DNA of 21,703 nucleotides, from assembly GCA_044352465.1 (NCBI GenBank), contig JBILDU010000048.1, forward strand, positions 1 through 21,703, written 5' to 3'. The stretch comes from Bdellovibrionota bacterium (GTDB taxonomy: Bacteria > Bdellovibrionota_C > UBA2361). Positions 16,201 to 21,703 of this stretch are shown here, in pieces. The notes under the pieces were generated by a model. It made no database searches and was not told the DNA's origin. It worked only from the letters and a program-made list of their open reading frames with translations. The stretch's first letter is position 1. Each line of letters begins with the position of its first letter. A program made the position numbers and the translations under genes.

Positions 16201-17980
16201 CCTCAGTGGTGCGCTCGTTGAGGACCTCGAAGCCTGCAAATTCGAGAACGGGGAGAGCTTTGCTGAGGGAGATCTCGGAGGTCCGGTGATACACCATCAA
16301 TGCGATCGCTGATTCTCCCGGGGCCGCTGGGATCATGCTTACGTGAACCGGATGCTCGGCGTTTAAGCGCTCAATCGCAGCTATATCGTGGAGCGTTTCC
16401 GTCGCTGATTGAATCGCTTGGTAGTCTTCGGGAAAAGCCTCAGCATACTCGCTCCAGATGCGCTCCCGGTCGGAGAATAGATTCGAGCTGCGCACCAGAG
16501 TCCCGAGGTTGTCCCGCCACGTTTGGGACAGCTCTACGATATTGGCCCGGAGCTCCGTTCGATCGACGTTGGGGATGAAGCCCGGAGCTATCGGAATATA
16601 GAAATACAGGCGCACGAGTGGCTTGTTGCTGACACCGACGTGAAACTCGCTCGTTCCAGGTGCCGCGCCGAGGAGCTCCTCGACATGGCGCTGGATTTTA
16701 TGTCGGACGGCTGTGTTGAAGCGGTCTCGCGGGATAACGGTAAGCATAGACACGCCCCGCTGCTCCGGATCGAGAAAGAGATGTACCCGTGTCTCGTCTC
16801 GACTGATATCGCCGATGATGACATGTACGACATCACGCAGGGTCTCGACGTCCATGCGGAGCGCTTCGTCCTTCGGCATGCTGTCGATAACGTTGACAAC
16901 ATTCTTGTAGTCGTACGATCCCTCAAGGACAGCCTCGTGTTCAATAATAGTTTGGAGCTTGCGGCGAATGAGCGGGATGCTCGAGGCCTCTTGCGAAACC
17001 CCTCGGGAGGTTAACATGCCGATGAAGCTGTGGATTGAGAGAAGGCGTCCCTCCGGTGACAACTCACGAACGGCGATATGGGTGAAGCGAATGCGTCGGT
17101 GTACCACGCTTTCCGAGCGAAGCCGCGTTATCGTGATGAGTCGGTTGCCCTCAACGAGTCGGTGGGCATCTTCAAGAAGCTCGGCATCGATCGACGACAG
17201 GTCGGCTGCGCTGCTCCGGAACAACCCCAGCGTAGCTTCCGGTAAATTCGCGATCGCCTCCTTATCGGAGACCTTCCACTCGGCATGTCCAAGAAAAATG
17301 AACCCTCCGTCGGTGAGCCACCGGAGGAAATCGGCGATCTCCTTACGTTCGCTGATGGGGAATGAGGAGGAATAGCGCGAGTTGTCGAGCACCCGGGCAC
17401 AGGTCTCAGCTCGAACAAGCATCGGAGTGAAGTCCTCGGTGACGAGGACCACTTGCTCAAGGGCATGACGCAACTCAAACGTGAGTGTCTGAACCGTTTC
17501 GTCGGCAAGGGCGGGTAGCTCCAAGTAGGAGAGCGAGGCGCGGTAGCCACTCGTCATGATTATCGGGTGGAGCAGGGCTCGAATTCCTACTCCGTGAGCG
17601 CGGAGGCACTCGGTTACCGTGTTAATGATGAAGGGCCGGTCTCCAAGGGCGATATTAAGGCAGGTGATCTGTTCGCCGCGGTGTTCCCGTCGATACGTTT
17701 TAATCGAAAGCGCCGAGGAGTTAATGTAGTCCTGCAGGCAGGCGAGGCTGCGCTCGGAGATTTCGACCAGTTCGTCGAGGGTCTGGTTCTCGAGGAACTC
17801 GTTCGGTGCCTTAGCGAAGAGATGGCTGGCAAGGAACTCGCCGTTGAGTTGGTCGATCTGGGTAGCGGTCGAACGCGTCGATCCTCGGCTTAAGTTGAGC
17901 CGGTCGCTGACCGCTTTAACCTTCTCCGAAACTATAGAGGAACGCTTTTTATCTTCGGCTCCGCCGACGTTGGTGCTCAT
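13220..17980 (-). CDS. gdhB: Large NAD-specific glutamate dehydrogenase (about 1600 aa, L-GDH family)
   Basis: EGVHLRGSRVARGGLRWSER, QKVKN, GAKGGF, DPYLVVAADKGTA, GIGDMSGDVFGNG, GEGGNLG, DAIDNSGGVDMSDHEVN. ATG 17980 (AGGT upstream) is preferred over GTG 18031. Confidence 0.96.
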   Translation of the reverse strand: MSTNVGGAEDKKRSSIVSEKVKAVSDRLNLSRGSTRSTATQIDQLNGEFLASHLFAKAPNEFLENQTLDELVEISERSLACLQDYINSSALSIKTYRREHRGEQITCLNIALGDRPFIINTVTECLRAHGVGIRALLHPIIMTSGYRASLSYLELPALADETVQTLTFELRHALEQVVLVTEDFTPMLVRAETCARVLDNSRYSSSFPISERKEIADFLRWLTDGGFIFLGHAEWKVSDKEAIANLPEATLGLFRSSAADLSSIDAELLEDAHRLVEGNRLITITRLRSESVVHRRIRFTHIAVRELSPEGRLLSIHSFIGMLTSRGVSQEASSIPLIRRKLQTIIEHEAVLEGSYDYKNVVNVIDSMPKDEALRMDVETLRDVVHVIIGDISRDETRVHLFLDPEQRGVSMLTVIPRDRFNTAVRHKIQRHVEELLGAAPGTSEFHVGVSNKPLVRLYFYIPIAPGFIPNVDRTELRANIVELSQTWRDNLGTLVRSSNLFSDRERIWSEYAEAFPEDYQAIQSATETLHDIAAIERLNAEHPVHVSMIPAAPGESAIALMVYHRTSEISLSKALPVLEFAGFEVLNERTTEVTPRDGTTSFVHRFSVKPASGNPVSERRFHDVVAPGLALVLAGKADNDPLNALMLEAGLSTRALALLRTYCRLLWQVSKTGTRRGMRRSLASVPELAVQLWEMFELRFNPALKLSIEQRSAQFTATANAFKDGLRSVSDISKDKILRSLLMLLEHTLRTNFYAGKPTIALKLDSSKIDVMPQPRPLFEIFVSSPTVEGVHLRGSRVARGGLRWSERPDDFRSEVLGLVKTQKVKNVVIVPGGAKGGFIVKKMPSDPKLVPQAVEDAYKEFVRSLLTLTDNRVGEAIVPPTDMVIYDSPDPYLVVAADKGTAKFSDVANKLAVEEFNFWLGDAFASGGSNGYDHKLYAITAKGAWECVKRHFSDMGLDYATTPFTVVGIGDMSGDVFGNGMLLSNNMKVVAAFDHRHIFIDPDPDAALSFTERKRMFELPRSQWTDYNAALLSKGGGIYGRFDKEIKLSTEARQVLGIGSEQPTMMNGEQIINLVLKAPVDLIWNGGIGTYFKSPIESHSDVGDGTNDRVRINSDELRAKVIGEGGNLGFTQKARIDFAMAGGRINTDAIDNSGGVDMSDHEVNLKILCTDLMQQNKLTLEERNKLLKEMSGDVTELVLDHNRRHGVLLTLGVNRSLRNIDYFRVLMRDMARLGYVNRALESLPDDDDLNDRVREKKGLTRPELAICVATVKMWVKDLILNSPLPNDPVMQPYLLGYFPRAMRERFAADIPNHALAANIIATEVSNLLVDALGTTFVHRNALSYGVPPIAVVSCALAAEAILRTQHVRQELWTIDTVATNAQFLELVRTTGRALAETTLWLLSAHGGSKSVGEMIALYEKSYRQHLDGAVVEPGLQAHGFSATTTQSLAVFPRVVRSLEMLWTAQAAGKDVALTDAVFGEVMELLSVEALVKAGRALEPQNRWEQEIVKGALNDIRRSVSSITAKLLSRNVTGSGAVLTELRRSPAYDRLSGLLDEAKQQGLPLAALAVVAKQLRTFELADEVR

Positions 17981-18607
17981 ACCTGTTTTTTGTGATTGGA
18001 GGTTTATCCGGGTTCGGGGACGAATCCCCACACCCGATTCTTCAGCGCTGATAAGAGAAGCCTGTCACGTCATCGCGCCCCCTTGTCGCGGGGGCGAAGG
18101 CTCGTCGAGGCGACTTATCGGCAAGTCTTCGGAGTATGCCATCACCAACTCGTTTAAGCTATCGAGACGAATATTTGACAGCAATTGCAACGAGTTATGT
18201 GGAGGGATGCGTCGGTTCCTTGACCCGCTTTGTCACCCCGTATCGTCCTCGGGAACGGGCAAAGCCAAGACCAGGGGTTTAGGACACTTTTCCACAGGTA
18301 CGCTCCCCGCCGGGGTGAAAAATGTGCGCACTGCTTTCGGCCGGATCGCTCAAAAACTGTACAATTTTTTTCGGTCATCCGAGGGATTCAGCAAAGATTA
18401 AATTTTTACAAAAAGCGGACACAGCGGTTTTCTTGAGGCGTTCTCGGGTGTTGCTCTCTTTCCCGTACGATTGGGTCAAAGATCCGCCAGCGCTGTCGGG
18501 GTTGGTACGGGAGTTGCCATAGAACTGACACGCTGACCGCACCGCGCAAGATGTTCGGGGGCTGGTTGGTTCTAAGGAAGGACGAGGTTTTCGCTAAGGA
18601 GAGCGCC

Positions 18608-19744
18608 ATGCAACCCACAGTCGCCGAGATTCCAAACTCAATCGCTGATTTTGTTCGCACAGCCCCTAACGGTGCGGAGAAGCTTGCCCTGCGCCAGACC
18701 TCCTTCTCCGGTATTATCAGCGAAAGTGCGGAGATGCGTCGAATTTTCGGCCTCATTGATAAAGTGGCCAAGACCTCCTCCACCGTGCTTGTTCTTGGTG
18801 AGAGCGGAACAGGAAAAGAGCTCGTGGCCCGGGCGATTCACCGGCTGAGTGGGCGGAGTGGTCGACTTGTCCCGGTCAACTGCGGCGCGATTCCGGAGGA
18901 GATCCTCGAAAGTGAGCTCTTCGGGCATGAGAAGGGCTCGTTCACCGGTGCTATCAGCTCACGCATCGGCCGTTTTCAGTTAGCTGATGGTGGGACGATC
19001 TTCCTCGACGAGATCGGAGAGATGAGCCCGAAGCTTCAGGTAAAGCTCCTCCGCGTTTTGCAGGAGCGTAAGGTGGAGCCGGTAGGTTCGACCCGTTCGG
19101 TGGATGTGGATGTTCGCGTCGTCGCCGCCACAAACAAGGACTTGCGTGAAGAGGTCAAAGCTGGCCGTTTCCGTGAAGATCTCTACTATCGGCTTCAAGT
19201 TGTTCCGGTGAATCTGCCGCCTCTCCGGGAGCGCGGTAACGATGTCACCCTCCTGGCGCAATATTTTATGGAGCGGGTGTGTGCAGGTCTCGGCAAGCCC
19301 ACGATCGCTTTCACCAAAGAAGCCCAGTCGCGGATGGCGAGTTACGCCTGGCCCGGCAATATTCGGGAGCTCGAGAACATGATCGAGCGGTTGGCGATTC
19401 TTGCTGACGGCTCGTTACTCGATGGGCATGATCTACCCGACTATCTCGTTGGAGCAGCCGCCTCATCAGCGAGCCCCGTCGCCATGACCGAAGAGATCCC
19501 CGCGGAGGGGCTCGATTTCAATGAGCTCGTCAATCGTTACGAGACCCACCTGATTTCGCTCGCACTGATGAAAACGAACGGGAACAAGAAGGCAGCAGCT
19601 AAACTTCTGCACCTCAACCGAACGACCCTTGTTGAGAAGATCAAGAAGAAGGGGCTCGAGCGGAAAATCGAGATCCTCCACGACGAAGACGGGGATGATG
19701 TCGAGGGACGTTCGTTTGAGTCGTTCCTCGGTGTGCGTGAGTAA
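18608..19744 (+). CDS. Sigma-54-dependent Fis-family activator, FleQ/FlrA-like, without N-terminal receiver domain
   Basis: [58 protein letters not shown] as in FleQ. AAGGAG RBS before ATG 18608. Confidence 0.9.
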   Translation: MQPTVAEIPNSIADFVRTAPNGAEKLALRQTSFSGIISESAEMRRIFGLIDKVAKTSSTVLVLGESGTGKELVARAIHRLSGRSGRLVPVNCGAIPEEILESELFGHEKGSFTGAISSRIGRFQLADGGTIFLDEIGEMSPKLQVKLLRVLQERKVEPVGSTRSVDVDVRVVAATNKDLREEVKAGRFREDLYYRLQVVPVNLPPLRERGNDVTLLAQYFMERVCAGLGKPTIAFTKEAQSRMASYAWPGNIRELENMIERLAILADGSLLDGHDLPDYLVGAAASSASPVAMTEEIPAEGLDFNELVNRYETHLISLALMKTNGNKKAAAKLLHLNRTTLVEKIKKKGLERKIEILHDEDGDDVEGRSFESFLGVRE

Positions 19745-19752
19745 GGGGCCCC

Positions 19753-20628
19753 ATGCGATTCTGTTCTTACAAGCTCGCGTTACTGGGAGCGGCCGCGCTC
19801 TCTGCGTCGGCCCACGGGCAACATCCGATGGAAGTGCAGCGACACTCGGCGGATGCTGAGCATCTGGCGGCGCTCGTGACCTATGACCGCCTTCCACGGC
19901 GAGTCGTCTCAAGCGCATCTCGGGTAGCTGCAGGCCGGAGTGCCTGGGCACTCAGCTTGCCCGAACGGGCACTTGAGGATTTTGAGCGTGCAGCGCTCGA
20001 TCCCGAACTCGACCCGATAGAGCACGCTCGTATTCATCTCTCGGCTGGGATCGTCCATTTTCAGGAAGGGCGGTATCAGATCGCGGTGGTGAAAGCTGAG
20101 AAAGCTACCGAGCTCATCGCTACACCGGGGCCGCTACGCTCGAAGGCCTGGTTTCTGTGGGCTGAGTCACTCCAGCGACTGGGGAGCCTCGGGGTTGCAG
20201 CGGAGCGCTACGGTCAGGCCCTTGCCGAAGCGGCACCCGAGGACCGGCCAGAGATCCACTACGCGCTCGGCTTGTGCGAACGGCGGCTTGGTAAGTTCGA
20301 AGCTGCGCGTGAGCATTTCGAGAAGGTCCCGCTGCGGCATGAACGGACGCCGATGGCGATTCGACAACTCGCCGAGGTGAGTCTCGAGATGAAGAATTAT
20401 CCGAGCGTCACTTTCTGGCTGGCCCGGGGACGCACGGAATATCCTGAACAGTTCATCGATAGTTGGGTTGATTATGCGCTCGTCCGTGCGGCGATAAGCC
20501 GTGGTGCGCTCGATGAGGTTCGTGAGCTGCGCACGGAGGCTACGGGGAAATATCCTCCGGCTGATGGTTGGCTGACCCTCCTGAAGGCGGCAGCGGAGAG
20601 TTTCGAGTGGCACGTTTCAAAGCAATAG
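19753..20628 (+). CDS. Tetratricopeptide-repeat protein with probable signal peptide
   Basis: Hydrophobic N-terminus LALLGAAALSASAHG; TPR-like units such as AGIVHFQEGRYQIAV and YALGLCERRLGKFEAAREHFEKV. Confidence 0.8.
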   Translation: MRFCSYKLALLGAAALSASAHGQHPMEVQRHSADAEHLAALVTYDRLPRRVVSSASRVAAGRSAWALSLPERALEDFERAALDPELDPIEHARIHLSAGIVHFQEGRYQIAVVKAEKATELIATPGPLRSKAWFLWAESLQRLGSLGVAAERYGQALAEAAPEDRPEIHYALGLCERRLGKFEAAREHFEKVPLRHERTPMAIRQLAEVSLEMKNYPSVTFWLARGRTEYPEQFIDSWVDYALVRAAISRGALDEVRELRTEATGKYPPADGWLTLLKAAAESFEWHVSKQ

Positions 20629-20652
20629 GTTCTGAGGAAAGGGAATGAAGTT

Positions 20653-21513
20653 ATGTTACCGTTGACGACGACAACGACACCACCGGCCGAAACGGTGCCT
20701 GCGGCTCAAACAGCGGCAGCTCTTGAGGAGGCTTTCACCCGATTTAATCAGGCGAGTGAGCGGCTCCAAGGTAAATACGAGGTGTTGCGCGGTGAAGTGG
20801 AAGAGCTGCGGGCGCAGCTCAAAATCAAAGACGGCGAGATTAAGCGCGCCGAACGACTCGCCGCACTCGGGAAAACCGCCGCCGCGATGGCGCACGAAGT
20901 GCGTAACCCACTAGGAGCGATCGAACTGTTTGTTTCGCTCTTGTCGGATCAAGTGGCCGATCGGCCGGAATCACGTGAGTATATCGCGCAGATTCGGCAT
21001 AGCATTAATCGTCTCAACACCACCGTGACGAACATCCTACATTTCTCGGCGGATCGGAAGCTCGTGCGTACTCCGTGTAACCTCCACGCCCTTATCAATG
21101 AGTGCGTTGGCTCGTTACCGGTTCGTGCCGACAGCCGTGGGCCAGTCGAGCTGCGATTAGAAGCTAATCCCTTTCTCGAGGGGAACGAGTGTGGGTTGCG
21201 TCAGGTGGTTGTCAATCTTGTTACCAACGCTCTGCAGGCTACCCGCTACAGTGGGCACGTGGTGATTGAGACCGGTAACGGGGCCGAGGATGAAGTCGTT
21301 CTTTGGGTGAGAGATAACGGCGTGGGCATCCCCGCGGAGATCTTGCCGACGATATTTGAGCCATTCGTGACCTCGAAGAATGAAGGGACGGGTCTGGGGC
21401 TCGCTATCGTTGATCAGATTATAGGACAGCATCAGGGCCAGATTGCAGCCCGTAATCTCCCTGCGGGTGGGGCTGAGTTTGAAGTGCGGATACCACGGAA
21501 AGAAGTAGCATAA
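20653..21513 (+). CDS. Cytoplasmic histidine kinase, FleS/FlrB-like
   Basis: N-terminal coiled coil LEEAFTRFNQASERLQGKY as in FleS; H-box AHEVRNPL; N-box NLVTNA; G1 DNGVGI; F-box IFEPF; G2 GTGLGL. Confidence 0.92.
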   Translation: MLPLTTTTTPPAETVPAAQTAAALEEAFTRFNQASERLQGKYEVLRGEVEELRAQLKIKDGEIKRAERLAALGKTAAAMAHEVRNPLGAIELFVSLLSDQVADRPESREYIAQIRHSINRLNTTVTNILHFSADRKLVRTPCNLHALINECVGSLPVRADSRGPVELRLEANPFLEGNECGLRQVVVNLVTNALQATRYSGHVVIETGNGAEDEVVLWVRDNGVGIPAEILPTIFEPFVTSKNEGTGLGLAIVDQIIGQHQGQIAARNLPAGGAEFEVRIPRKEVA

Positions 21514-21526
21514 GGAGCGGAAAGTT

Positions 21527-21703
21527 ATGATACGTGAAGGTAAAATACTCATCGCTGATGACGATCCGCAGATGCAGCTCGCGATGAAGGCGACGTTGCA
21601 ACGGTCGGGGTATGACGTCACGGTTGCAGGTAACGGCGCGGAGGCCTGGAGTGCTCTCGAGCGAGAGTCATTCGACCTGGTGATCTCCGATCAGCGCATG
21701 CCC
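21527..21703 (+). CDS. Response regulator receiver domain (probably FleR/FlrC-like), 3' truncated by the window edge
   Basis: Manual translation gives MIREGKILIADDDPQMQLAMKATLQRSGYDVTVAGNGAEAWSALERESFDLVISDQRMP, with the DD acidic pocket and phospho-Asp in SDQRMP. AAGGAG RBS. Not in the ORF track. Confidence 0.9.
   Translation, partial: MIREGKILIADDDPQMQLAMKATLQRSGYDVTVAGNGAEAWSALERESFDLVISDQRMP

Noticed and set aside
18115..18122. Perfect sigma-28 -10 box GCCGATAA on the minus strand upstream of gdh
   Set aside because: No TAAA -35 element at the required spacing.
18255..18290. GGGCAAAGCC resembling a c-di-GMP-I riboswitch upstream of the FleQ-like gene
   Set aside because: No GNRA-capped P2 stem or second GCAAA/receptor element seen; an Rfam scan would be decisive.
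20608..20623. TGGCACGTTTCAAAGC as a sigma-54 promoter for the kinase
   Set aside because: Good -24 box and plausible position, but GG-to-GC spacing is 11 nt instead of the strict 10, and it lies within the TPR coding sequence.

Overview
Bacterial chromosomal window of mostly housekeeping and accessory metabolic genes. The gene style suggests a Deltaproteobacteria- or Bdellovibrionota-like lineage (inference only). In order: (1) the 3' part of a Y1/HUH (RAYT-like) transposase, followed by a 37-bp tandem duplication and related short motifs; (2) an HIR-type SPFH/band-7 gene; (3) about 0.9 kb of unexplained intergenic DNA; (4) a divergent glycan or glycolipid modification cluster, with methyltransferase, NAD-epimerase and metallophosphoesterase on the minus strand and FrhB-family Fe-S flavoprotein, SGNH hydrolase, GT4 glycosyltransferase and pirin on the plus strand; (5) a minus-strand run of large NAD-glutamate dehydrogenase, BPL_N-domain protein, divergent biotin protein ligase and an atypical DUF62/SAM-adenosyltransferase-superfamily protein; (6) the start of a FleQ/FleS/FleR-like sigma-54 cluster with a TPR protein. 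Most notable: the BPL_N and ligase ORFs are in the same frame and separated by a single TAG plus one codon, mirroring the fungal Bpl1 fusion. The DUF62-like protein has non-canonical catalytic motifs. The FleQ-like and FleS-like proteins lack input domains. No rRNA, tRNA or CRISPR array was found. All assignments are from motif recognition by eye, without database searches.
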